Shown: one piece after another, positions 42,108 to 51,376 of the stretch
Layout: every line of letters begins with the position of its first letter
Numbering within the stretch: position 1 is the stretch's first letter
From: an uncultured Clostridia bacterium
GTDB lineage: Bacteria > Bacillota > Clostridia > Christensenellales > CAG-917
Length of the DNA stretch: 64,000 nucleotides
Assembly: GCA_944332995.1 (NCBI GenBank)
Contig: CALVKR010000004.1
Coordinates: forward strand, 88,504-152,503
Direction of reading: 5' to 3'
The notes under the pieces: generated by a model
Databases searched by the model: none
What the model saw: the letters and a program-made list of their open reading frames with translations, nothing else
What the model was told of the DNA's origin: nothing
Made by a program: the position numbers and the translations under genes

Positions 42108-42647
42108 ATGACAGAAGTTAGTGAAAATCCTACTCAAATCAAGCAGGAAGCGAAAGCCCCCAAAACGATAGTTCCCGGCGGTTTCAAACGCTCTGTTTGC
42201 AAGCTCGTTATGAAACTGCTTGGCAAGGGTATCTGCTACGGCTATAAGGTGGATTCGAGGATCAAACAAGACGTCGACGCCATAGGCGACGATTTCTCGG
42301 TCAAACTTACCATCTCCCCTATCGGTCCCACTATGATTTTCGGGAAAAAAGACCAAAAGCCTTTTTCGAGAATCGGCTCCTATGACGAGGAAGCGACGAT
42401 GACAATCTCGTTTAAGGGATTGAACAGCGCGTTTAAAATGTTCACGGGCGGCATGGGACTTGCGGCAGGATATGCTCAGCACCGCTTCACAGTAAAGGGC
42501 GATTTGTATAAAATTCTTGCAATCGTCCGTATTATCAATATCGTAGAGGGATATCTGTTCCCGAAAGCGATGGCAAAAAAACTTATGAATCCCATTCCGC
42601 CTAAACAGGTCAATTCTGTCCGTTTTTTGTGCGGAACGCTTTTTTAG
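42108..42647 (+). CDS. SCP2 sterol/lipid-binding-domain-like protein
   Basis: ATMTISFKGLNSAFKMFTGGMGLAAGYAQHRFTVKGDLYKILAIVRI follows the SCP2 C-terminal pattern (..G.l.p..a...Gk..v.Gd......l). I give the family call moderate confidence. Confidence 0.6.
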   Translation: MTEVSENPTQIKQEAKAPKTIVPGGFKRSVCKLVMKLLGKGICYGYKVDSRIKQDVDAIGDDFSVKLTISPIGPTMIFGKKDQKPFSRIGSYDEEATMTISFKGLNSAFKMFTGGMGLAAGYAQHRFTVKGDLYKILAIVRIINIVEGYLFPKAMAKKLMNPIPPKQVNSVRFLCGTLF

Positions 42648-42656
42648 GAGGAAAAC

Positions 42657-43838
42657 ATGTTACCCAAATATTATGAATTTTTAAATTCCGTTAAAATTAT
42701 GTCGGGAGAAAACGCTCTCGAAAATCTCCCCCACGAACTCAAAATGATGGGCGCCAAAAAGCCTATCGTGCTCACCGACGCCATTCTCGCAAAATGCGGC
42801 ACCTTGGATAAAGTTCAAAAGGCTTTCAAAGGTTTCGATATCGACGTTACCGAAACGTATACCGAAATCCCGCCCGACAGCTCTATCAAAGTTATCAACG
42901 AAATAGCCGGGATTTTTAAAGCCAAAGGTTGCGACTCTATCATCGCTCTCGGAGGCGGAAGCGTTATCGACACCGCCAAAGGTCTCAGAATAGTCATCGA
43001 ACAAGGCGGCAACGACATTATGGATTATATGGGGCTTGATTCCCTCCCTCGCAAAGACCGCATCGCCTTTGCCGTTATCCCCACCACGAGCGGAACGGGA
43101 AGCGAATGCACCAACGTCGCAGTTATCGCCAATCCCGACAAAAACGTCAAAATGGAGTTTATCAGCTATGACCTTCTCCCCGATTTTGCGGTGCTCGACC
43201 CCCGCATGACGGAAACGATGCCTCCCAAAATCACGGCGAACACCGGCGTTGACGCTCTCGTTCATGCCATCGAAGGCTATACCTGCCTGCAAAAAAATCC
43301 GCTTTCTCAAAGCTATGCATTTGCGGCTATCCGTCTTATAACGACTTTCCTGCCCAAGGCGGTGCTTGAAGGCGGCAATCACGAATACCGCCTCGCCATG
43401 AGCAACGCTGCCACTATGGCAGGAATTGCTTTTTCCAATTCTATGGTAGGGCTCGTCCACGCTATCGGACACGCTATCGGCGGTGTGGCACACGTTCCTC
43501 ACGGAATAGCAATGGCTATACTTTTGCCGCACGTCATGAAATTTAACCTTGAAACTTTAAAGCCTGCCTATGCCGAACTTTTGCTCCCCTTGGCCGGTGC
43601 GGAAATTTACGCCACCACCCCCAAAGAGGAAAGAGCGCAAAAGGCAATCGAATTTGTGACGGCTTTCATTAAACAGTTTGAATCTGTCGGACTTCCCACA
43701 AAGCTCTCCGACGCTAAAGTTACGGAAGACCAATTCGACGCCATTGCCCAGACGGCAATCAACGACGGCGCAATCGTCGTCAACCCGATTATGGCGACAA
43801 AGGAACAGGTTATCGAAATTTTGAAAGAAGCGTTTTAA
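42657..43838 (+). CDS. iron-containing alcohol dehydrogenase
   Basis: ALGGGSVIDTAKG, PTTSGTGSE and H..H metal ligands (GLVHAIGHAIGG..HG). AGGAGG SD. Confidence 0.9.
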   Translation: MLPKYYEFLNSVKIMSGENALENLPHELKMMGAKKPIVLTDAILAKCGTLDKVQKAFKGFDIDVTETYTEIPPDSSIKVINEIAGIFKAKGCDSIIALGGGSVIDTAKGLRIVIEQGGNDIMDYMGLDSLPRKDRIAFAVIPTTSGTGSECTNVAVIANPDKNVKMEFISYDLLPDFAVLDPRMTETMPPKITANTGVDALVHAIEGYTCLQKNPLSQSYAFAAIRLITTFLPKAVLEGGNHEYRLAMSNAATMAGIAFSNSMVGLVHAIGHAIGGVAHVPHGIAMAILLPHVMKFNLETLKPAYAELLLPLAGAEIYATTPKEERAQKAIEFVTAFIKQFESVGLPTKLSDAKVTEDQFDAIAQTAINDGAIVVNPIMATKEQVIEILKEAF

Positions 43839-43905
43839 TTGAAATCGCTTCAGATAAGATTTTTGACAAAGCCGATTTAATAAAGCAAACAATACAAATT
43901 AAACA

Positions 43906-43939
43906 ATAAAAAACCGCTAATAAATAGCGGTTTTTTTTG
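43906..43939. terminator. bidirectional intrinsic terminator
   Basis: AAAAAACCGCTA-ATAAA-TAGCGGTTTTTTTT. Confidence 0.8.
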
Positions 43940-43973
43940 TGCAAAAAACAAATATTAAATTTAAATATCTAGG

Positions 43974-44140
43974 TATAGCTTTGTCGGTTTAGCTTATCGT
44001 TTTAGCTTTATTGGTGTAACCTTGTCGTTTTAGCGTGTCGGTATAGCTTGTCGGTTTAACGTGTCGTTTTCCCTTATCGGTTTAGCTTGTCGGTTAAACT
44101 TTATTGATTTAACTTTATTGTAGCGTTTTTCGATTATCGC
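43974..44140 (-). repeat. array of about 12 degenerate 12-16 nt tandem units (transcript-sense consensus near TAAACCGACAAGC)
   Basis: Plus strand tatagctttgtcggtt / tagcttatcgttt / tagctttattggtgta / accttgtcgtttt / agcgtgtcggta / tagcttgtcggttt / aacgtgtcgtttt / cccttatcggttt / agcttgtcggtta / aactttattgattt / aactttattgtagc. It lies between the CDF stop (44209) and the terminator. Confidence 0.8.
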
Positions 44141-44208
44141 CATATCTTCTTTATATATACATATTGCTTTTTATATATTCGCTTTTAAAGCATTAGCGTT
44201 TACGCTTT

Positions 44209-45597
44209 TTAGAGTTTGAAAAACTTATCTTGCTTTGCCTTTTCTTCCTCTATCTCTTTTTGTTCTTTTTCCGCCTTTTTCAAAAGCTCGTCGTTGTCCT
44301 CTTTTTTATCGACGGCTTCGGATTCGTGCTCGTAAAGGTCTCGCTCGACTTGTTCTAAAAGCTCTGTCTTTTCTCTATGCTCTTGTTCTTCTTCCTTTTT
44401 GCCTTGTTCTTCCACGGACGGCGGCGAAACGTAGTCACGGTCTATATCAATGACAAAGTTGTATTCCATACCCTCTTCCCCGACAAAATTGTGCTTGAAC
44501 CAATCGGTTATTTCCTCTTGGGTATGCTTTTCAAAAAACGGCAGAACGACGTCAAACAGAATATTCGTTCTGTTGGGGCCGGACACTATTCTGAAATCGT
44601 GAAGCGATAGATGGTCGTCGAGTTTCGAAAGCAAAACAATGCTCTCCTCTTTTAACTTTTTGACCAAAGGATTGTTTACGTCGATAGGGTCCATATGCAC
44701 GGAAAGATGTATGCCCATTTTCTTTTTGAAGTCTTGTTCTATCTCATCGATGAGCGCATGCGATTCCATGATGTCAACGGAAGAATCTACTTCTACGTGC
44801 ACCATAACAAAATTTCTGCCTTCGCCGTAATTGTGTATCATAAGGTCGTGTATTCCCAAAACGCCGTTGTAGGACATAAGCTCTTTTCTTATTTTAACGA
44901 CAAGCTCTTTGGGCGGTTTTTCGCCGAGAAGCGGTTTTACCGTGTTTGCCACAAGTTTGATGCTCGATATCACGATAAGAACAGAAACCAAAAGACCGCA
45001 TATACCGTCGATGCTGACTTCGACGTCAGGCAAAAAGTCAATCAGCAGACTCGCCGCCAAAACGGCAGTGGTAGAAATTGTGTCGTTTATGCTGTCCACA
45101 CTCATTGCCTTTAAACTTTCGCTGTTTATTTTTTTTGCAAAACTGCGATAAACAAAAAGCTGATATAATTTTAATGCTATTGCAACCGCCAAAATAACAT
45201 ACGTTGCAACCGAAACGGAAGTAGGCGCAGGGGATATTATCTTTTCGACGCTCTCTTTTCCGAGTAGCACTCCGATTATAAGCACTATGAGTGCGACAAA
45301 AAGCGCCGTTATGTATTCATATCTTGCATATCCGTATGGGTGCTTGGAATCGGCGGGCTTTGACGACATTTTAAAGCCGAACATAGTGACTATGCTGTTA
45401 CCCGAATCGGACATATTGTTGATTGCGTCGGCAATAACGGTTATACTCTGTCCTATGATACCTACGATGATTTTGCCCGTAAAAAGCAATATGTTTGTGA
45501 TAAGCCCGAAAACGCTCGCAAGCATTCCGTATTTAAACCTTACGGCGGGATTTGAAGTATCTTTATAATTTTTGATAAAAATCCTCTCTAAAAACAT
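44209..45597 (-). CDS. cation diffusion facilitator (CDF) transporter with a long E/K-rich C-terminal tail
   Basis: IIGQSITVIADAINNMSDSGNSIV..SKPADSKHPYGYARYEYITALFVALIVLIIG, followed by a cytoplasmic CDF domain. The last roughly 80 aa are EEQGKKEEEQEHREK... Confidence 0.85.
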   Translation of the reverse strand: MFLERIFIKNYKDTSNPAVRFKYGMLASVFGLITNILLFTGKIIVGIIGQSITVIADAINNMSDSGNSIVTMFGFKMSSKPADSKHPYGYARYEYITALFVALIVLIIGVLLGKESVEKIISPAPTSVSVATYVILAVAIALKLYQLFVYRSFAKKINSESLKAMSVDSINDTISTTAVLAASLLIDFLPDVEVSIDGICGLLVSVLIVISSIKLVANTVKPLLGEKPPKELVVKIRKELMSYNGVLGIHDLMIHNYGEGRNFVMVHVEVDSSVDIMESHALIDEIEQDFKKKMGIHLSVHMDPIDVNNPLVKKLKEESIVLLSKLDDHLSLHDFRIVSGPNRTNILFDVVLPFFEKHTQEEITDWFKHNFVGEEGMEYNFVIDIDRDYVSPPSVEEQGKKEEEQEHREKTELLEQVERDLYEHESEAVDKKEDNDELLKKAEKEQKEIEEEKAKQDKFFKL

Positions 45598-45863
45598 ATC
45601 CGATTTTGCCTCTTTGCCAAATTGAGTTTATGTAAATATAGCACATTATTTGATTTAAAACAATTATTTTTTCCTTTTTGCTCTAATTATCCGCTATTGA
45701 CTTTAGGTGAAAAAGAATATATCATTTTCTTGCCGATATTTTAGACAAATAAAGGTTTTAACTTATTATAGGTTCAATGCTCCGATTAAAGCATTTAAAT
45801 CTAATAATATTAAAAGTAAAACTTAGTTTTTACTCTGACAGTTAAAACCGCTCAGGGGGAAAA

Positions 45864-46886
45864 ATGCAAAAACAAATTAAAATAAACGAACAAGTCGACC
45901 TGCTAAAAGCGGACGGCACATTAAATGCAAAGGGATACGCCACAAGGAACATATTTAACTATAACCGTGAAAACATTCCCCGCCGCTTAAAAAATCGGCT
46001 TAAAGAGTGGGATTTTTATCAGCTGTCCGACGGAAATTATATGGTGCAGATATCTTTTTTCAATATCTCGGTTGCTTCCTGCGCCTCGCTTACCCTGCTC
46101 GACTTAAAGAGCGGAAGGAAAATTTTTTCATCGAAAATCGTTCCGTTCACCAAAAATAAATACCGCATGCCGAAAAACGGCGACACGCCACACCGCTTTG
46201 AATTTTTAAAGGGTAAAATAAAACTTGTTTTTGACGCCGAAAAGGATACCCGAAAAATTTTTTACAGCGATTTAAAAAAGAAGATATACGCCTCGTTCAC
46301 CCTATACGAAACGGACAGAGAATCTATCGTGATAGCTACGCCGTTTAAACAAAAGCGAAGATTTTTCCTTACGCAAAAACTTAACTGTATGCCCACCGAG
46401 GGTTGCGTCGAAATAAAGGGAAACAAAATCTCGTTTGAAAAGGACAAAACTTTCACCGTGCTCGATTGGGGCAGAGGCGTGTGGCCGCACAGCAACTGCT
46501 GGTATTGGGGAAACGGCTCGGCATACGTCGACGGGAAACTGTTCGGCTTCGAACTGACCTGGGGCTTCGGAATAGAAGACTCCGCCACAGAAACGGCAAT
46601 CTTTTACGACGGAAAATGCGAAAAACTCTCCGCCGTCCGTCTTGAAACTCCTCCGCAGAAAAATTATCTTGCCCCGTGGCACTTCCTATCCGACGACGGC
46701 AAATTCGATATGACAATGACGCCTTTTTACGACTACAAAAACGGAGCAATAATTTTAGGGCTCGTCGGTATGAAATCGCATCAGGTGCACGGACTTTGGA
46801 GCGGCACGGTAAAACTGGATAGCGGAAAAACGCTTGAGATAAAGGATATGTATGCCTTTTGCGAATATGTCGTCAACAAGTGGTAG
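45864..46886 (+). CDS. DUF2804-like protein (family call from memory)
   Basis: The 340-aa soluble protein has KEWDFYQL near the N-terminus and W-rich beta-strand segments (DWGRGVWPHSNCWYWGNGS). GGGGGA SD. Confidence 0.55.
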   Translation: MQKQIKINEQVDLLKADGTLNAKGYATRNIFNYNRENIPRRLKNRLKEWDFYQLSDGNYMVQISFFNISVASCASLTLLDLKSGRKIFSSKIVPFTKNKYRMPKNGDTPHRFEFLKGKIKLVFDAEKDTRKIFYSDLKKKIYASFTLYETDRESIVIATPFKQKRRFFLTQKLNCMPTEGCVEIKGNKISFEKDKTFTVLDWGRGVWPHSNCWYWGNGSAYVDGKLFGFELTWGFGIEDSATETAIFYDGKCEKLSAVRLETPPQKNYLAPWHFLSDDGKFDMTMTPFYDYKNGAIILGLVGMKSHQVHGLWSGTVKLDSGKTLEIKDMYAFCEYVVNKW

Positions 46887-46984
46887 CCGTCGCATATCCC
46901 CTCCTCCGATAAATAGTCTTTGGCACCGAATACAATGTTGTATGCGATATATAAAGCTAACCGTCGGTTATTGCGGTTATCGCA

Positions 46985-47015
46985 AAAATAAAAAGGCTTT
47001 AAAAGCCTTTTTTTG
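46985..47015. terminator. bidirectional intrinsic terminator
   Basis: AAAAATAAAAAGGC-TTTAAAA-GCCTTTTTTT. Confidence 0.75.
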
Positions 47016-47053
47016 TGCGCCGTAAAGCTAATATACTTTGTTATCTTTCTTTG

Positions 47054-47611
47054 TTATTTTTTTCCCCTGAAGGCGTTTTTGATTTTTTCGCCTGCCGCTT
47101 TAAAAGAGTTTTCCACTTTTGTTACGACGTCGTCTATCCTGTTTTCGGCGTTTTCTAACTTTTCCGATATCTTATCGCCAAAAGATTTTTTCTTTTTGTC
47201 GGTTTTGTATTCCGCTTTTTCTTCGGCTTTAGCGTTGTCTGCCAAAAAGGCTCCGTCATAAAAGCTGTCGGCAGAGAAATTACCCCTCTTTTCGGCGATT
47301 TTTGGCGCTTCGCTCCCGAATTGCTCGGCAGCCTCTTTTTTGCCAAAGTCGCTTTCGTCCTCGCTTTCGTCGTCTAAGTCAAGCAACTTTTTCAATTCCT
47401 CATAGCACACCTTTGCCATTTGCGTTATCTTGACCAAATCGGCGTCCGCTTTATAAAGCTCCTTTTTGAGAGCCAAAAGTTTGTCTTTTAAACTCTCGTC
47501 CGTCAGACGGCTCAGGCACTCGCTCAGATTAAAAGAAAATTCCGCCAAAAGCTGACCTGAATCTATCTCGCCTTTTATAAACTTTTTGAGGGCGTCCAAA
47601 ATCGATTTCAT
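47054..47611 (-). CDS. hypothetical helical/charged protein, last gene of the pur operon
   Basis: 185 aa. Its ATG shares one nucleotide with the purL stop (TAATG). I recognise no family. Confidence 0.6.
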   Translation of the reverse strand: MKSILDALKKFIKGEIDSGQLLAEFSFNLSECLSRLTDESLKDKLLALKKELYKADADLVKITQMAKVCYEELKKLLDLDDESEDESDFGKKEAAEQFGSEAPKIAEKRGNFSADSFYDGAFLADNAKAEEKAEYKTDKKKKSFGDKISEKLENAENRIDDVVTKVENSFKAAGEKIKNAFRGKK

Positions 47612-50600
47612 TATTTAAAGTATTTTACTCCCGATTCAAAAATCTTCATATCGAAATTGCCGTCAAAGTTTTTGTATAACGCCTTGCCCGTTCTTTCGCT
47701 GTGACCCATCTTACCGAAAATTCTGCCGTCAAGCGAGGTTATGCCCTCTATCGCCTGTCTGCTTCCGTTGGGGTTGAAAGGCGAGAACATGGTTGCATTG
47801 CCGTCAAAATCTACATACTGCGTGGCAATCTGTCCGTTTTGAGCAAGCTCGTTTAAAATCTCGTCGGAAGCTATAAACTTGCCTTCGCCGTGCGATACGG
47901 GGACGGAATACACCTCGCCCGGTTTCGTGGCGCTAAGCCACGGCGATTTGTTTGAAGCGACTCTGATATTCGCTATCGTCGAGATATGCCTCGGCATGGT
48001 GTTGAACGTGAGCGTAGGCGAGTTATCCGTCATCGGCAGAATCTTTCCGTAAGGGACAAGCCCGAGTTTGACAAGCGCCTGGAACCCGTTGCATATACCG
48101 AGGATAAGTCCGTCTCTGTTTTCGATAAGCTCCGAAACGGCGTCGGCTATTTCCGCATTGCGGAACATTGTCGCTATAAACTTTCCGCTTCCGTCAGGCT
48201 CGTCGCCGCCCGAGAATCCGCCGGGAAACGCTATAATGTTTGCGCCCTTAACGCCTTTAGCTATCGCCTTGGCGCTTTCGGATATATCTTTAGACGACAG
48301 ATTTTTTACGACAAAGATATCGCATTTTGCTCCCGCCGCCTCAAAAGCTCTCATCGTGTCGAGTTCGCAGTTCGTTCCCGGGAAGGCAGGGATAAACACT
48401 TTGGGCTGAGCGGTCTTGACGCTTGAAGCCTTGCCCTCTTTGACGACGTAGCTAAAACTTGTCGCCTCACCTTTCTCGTCCGTTTTGGCAGGATATATAT
48501 CGCCGAGTCCGCCCTCGTATGCCTTGACTGCCTCGCCGTAACTTAAAACTTTGTCGCCTTGCGTAAAGTCACCTTTTGCCGTCTGACCTATATATTCGCA
48601 CTCGAGACCTTCGGGACAATCGACTATTATTTCGCCGTAATGTTCGGTGAAAATATCCTCCGTTTCAAATTTAAAGCCGAGACCGTTTCCGAAACAACTC
48701 TTTAGCACGGCAACGCCTATACCGCCGTTTTCGACAACCTGAGCAAACTTGATTTTGCCGTTTTTGACGTTTTCGGATATGACGGCGTATTTTTGCTTGA
48801 CGTCCTCAAAATCCGGCACGGAATATTCGTCCTTTTTGAAAGGCACGAAATAGAGTTTTTTGCCTTCCTCTTTAAGTACGTTGGTGATGAGCCTGTCCGT
48901 CTTTTGCGGAGCAAGCGCAAAAGATATGAGCGTGGGCGCAACGTCGATATTTTCAAAACTTCCGCTCATCGAGTCCTTACCGCCTATTCCGGCAACCCCC
49001 AATTCGCTCTCCGCCGTATACGCTCCGAGCAGCGCCGATAGAGGCACTCCCCAACGGGCCGGATTTTGTCCGAGTTTCATGAAATATTCCTGCAATGTAA
49101 GATATACCTTGTCGAGCGTGCAACCTGCCGCTATAAGTTTTGATACGGAACAGACGATAGAATATATCGCTCCCACAAACGGCGACGACTCGGTAAGATA
49201 AGGCGTGAAGCCGTATGCGGCAACGGAAGCCGTATCTGCGCCGTCCGTTACGAGATTGGCTATCGCAAGCGTGGGGGTAAGCTGATTTTTACCGCCGTAA
49301 GGCATAAACACCGTCCTTGCCCCTATCGTGGAATCGAACATCTCGCCGAGTCCTTTTTTGGAGCAGACGTTAAGGTCGGATAGCGCCGATTTCAATCCCG
49401 AGGCAAAGTCCGCCGTCTTTTTGTCAAAGTAGTGAGTCTTTTTATCCGATATAACGGCGCTCGCCGTCTGTCTTGCTCCGTTGGTATTTAAAAATTCACG
49501 GGAAAGGTCAACGATTGTCCTGCCTTTGAAAGTCATTTTCATTCTGCCGTCGTCGGTCACGAGGGCGACTTTGGTGGCTTTCAGATTTTCCTGTTTGGCA
49601 AGCTCGTAAAAACGCTCCTCGTCCTTTGCGGCGATAACAATCGCCATGCGCTCTTGCGACTCGGATATGGCAAGTTCCGTTCCCGACAGTCCCTCGTATT
49701 TTTTGGGCACCTTGTCGAGGTCGATTTCAAGTGCGTCGGACAGTTCGCCTATAGCCACGCACACGCCGCCCGCTCCGAAGTCGTTGCAGCGTTTTATCAT
49801 TTTGGTCGCTTCGGGATTCAAAAACAGCCTTTGAAGTTTTCTTTCTATAAGGGCGTTACCTTTTTGCACTTCGGCGCCGCATTTTTCCACCGACTTGGTA
49901 TCGTGCGCCTTCGACGAGCCCGTCGCTCCGCCGCAGCCGTCTCTGCCCGTTTCACCTCCCAAAAGTATGACTATATCTCCGCTTTCAGGACAGCTTCTGA
50001 CGACGTTGCATTTTTTGTTTGAGCCTACGACAAATCCCGTCTCCAGCCTCTTTGCCTTATATCCCTCGTGATAGACTTCGTCAACTATTCCCGTGGCAAG
50101 ACCTATCTGATTGCCGTATGACGAAAAGCCTTTCGCCGCCACTTTGGTGAGCACTCTTTGCGGAAGTTTTCCCTTTAACGTTTCCTTTTCGTGAGGGGAA
50201 GCCGCACCCGTTATGCGCATTGCGCTGTAAACGTATGTCCTGCCCGAGAGAGGATCTCTTATCGCTCCGCCAAGACACGTCGCCGCTCCGCCGAACGGTT
50301 CGATTTCCGTAGGGTGGTTGTGCGTTTCGTTTTTGAACATGACGAGATAGTCTTCCGTCTTACCGTCCACGGTGACGGGAACGACTATCGAACAGGCGTT
50401 TATCTCTTCCGATTCGTCGAGGTCCTTTAGCTTGCCCGCCTTTTTCAATTCCTTTACGGCTATCGTGGCAACGTCCATAAGGCAGGGATATTTATCCGTT
50501 CTGCCCTTATAGAGTTCGCTGTGCAAGGACATATATCTGTCATACGCCTTTGAAATGTTTTTGTTTTCGGAATCTATCTTCACGTCGGTCAGGTGCGTCA

Positions 50601-51270
50601 AAAACGTGGTATGACGGCAGTGATCCGACCAATACGTGTCGATGACCTTGATTTCCGTTTCGGTGGGATTGCGCTTTTCACCCTTGAAATAGCTTTGGAC
50701 AAACTCGATGTCGGCAAGCGACATGGCAAATCCGTTTTCGGCGTGATACTTTATAAGCTCGTCCTTTGTCATATCGATAAAATGCGCTACTTCGGCAACG
50801 TCCACCGTGTCCATTTTTTCACGCTTTAAGGTTTCAAACTTATTTAGCGTTACTTCCTCGCTCTCTACGGGGTTGATGAGATGGCGTTTGATTTTATCCA
50901 AATTTACGTCACCCTTTACCGCATATACGGTGGCGCACTTTACGAGCGGTTTTTCCTTTTGCGTCAAAAGCTGTATGCACTGTGCGGCACTGTCCGCTCT
51001 TTGGTCGTATTGACCTTCGAGCAGTCCTATCGCAAAAACTTTATATCCGTCGCCGACGGAAAAATCGCCTATATAGGCGTTGTCGACGGGCGGCTCGGAA
51101 AACACGTTGATGACCGAGGCTTTGAACTCGTCTTCGGATATACCCTCCACGTCGTAGCGGAGCAATATGCGCAAAGCATCGATTTTTTCACCGAGCATAT
51201 CCGCTATCTCGGCAATGAGCGCCTTTGAAAACTTATCGTCCTTTTTTTCAACAAATACTCTGTAAACCAT
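47611..51270 (-). CDS. purL: phosphoribosylformylglycinamidine synthase, single-chain (PurS/L/Q fused)
   Basis: 1219 aa. HNHPTEIEPFGGAATCLGG, AIR-synthase-like repeats, and a C-terminal glutaminase (GICNGFQ..HGEG). Confidence 0.95.
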   Translation of the reverse strand: MVYRVFVEKKDDKFSKALIAEIADMLGEKIDALRILLRYDVEGISEDEFKASVINVFSEPPVDNAYIGDFSVGDGYKVFAIGLLEGQYDQRADSAAQCIQLLTQKEKPLVKCATVYAVKGDVNLDKIKRHLINPVESEEVTLNKFETLKREKMDTVDVAEVAHFIDMTKDELIKYHAENGFAMSLADIEFVQSYFKGEKRNPTETEIKVIDTYWSDHCRHTTFLTHLTDVKIDSENKNISKAYDRYMSLHSELYKGRTDKYPCLMDVATIAVKELKKAGKLKDLDESEEINACSIVVPVTVDGKTEDYLVMFKNETHNHPTEIEPFGGAATCLGGAIRDPLSGRTYVYSAMRITGAASPHEKETLKGKLPQRVLTKVAAKGFSSYGNQIGLATGIVDEVYHEGYKAKRLETGFVVGSNKKCNVVRSCPESGDIVILLGGETGRDGCGGATGSSKAHDTKSVEKCGAEVQKGNALIERKLQRLFLNPEATKMIKRCNDFGAGGVCVAIGELSDALEIDLDKVPKKYEGLSGTELAISESQERMAIVIAAKDEERFYELAKQENLKATKVALVTDDGRMKMTFKGRTIVDLSREFLNTNGARQTASAVISDKKTHYFDKKTADFASGLKSALSDLNVCSKKGLGEMFDSTIGARTVFMPYGGKNQLTPTLAIANLVTDGADTASVAAYGFTPYLTESSPFVGAIYSIVCSVSKLIAAGCTLDKVYLTLQEYFMKLGQNPARWGVPLSALLGAYTAESELGVAGIGGKDSMSGSFENIDVAPTLISFALAPQKTDRLITNVLKEEGKKLYFVPFKKDEYSVPDFEDVKQKYAVISENVKNGKIKFAQVVENGGIGVAVLKSCFGNGLGFKFETEDIFTEHYGEIIVDCPEGLECEYIGQTAKGDFTQGDKVLSYGEAVKAYEGGLGDIYPAKTDEKGEATSFSYVVKEGKASSVKTAQPKVFIPAFPGTNCELDTMRAFEAAGAKCDIFVVKNLSSKDISESAKAIAKGVKGANIIAFPGGFSGGDEPDGSGKFIATMFRNAEIADAVSELIENRDGLILGICNGFQALVKLGLVPYGKILPMTDNSPTLTFNTMPRHISTIANIRVASNKSPWLSATKPGEVYSVPVSHGEGKFIASDEILNELAQNGQIATQYVDFDGNATMFSPFNPNGSRQAIEGITSLDGRIFGKMGHSERTGKALYKNFDGNFDMKIFESGVKYFK

Positions 51271-51376
51271 AATCCCTTTTTTAAACGTCGTTTAAACCTT
51301 TATTTTTTATCGTTAGAAATTTCTGCCGTTCCCCTTTCGCCGTTTATGGGCAAAAGGAAAATGCGTTGCGCTAAAT

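Noticed and set aside
43974-44140. Tandem repeat array considered as a CRISPR array.
   Set aside because: The period is only about 13 nt, there are no unique spacers, the units are degenerate, and there are no cas genes in the window.
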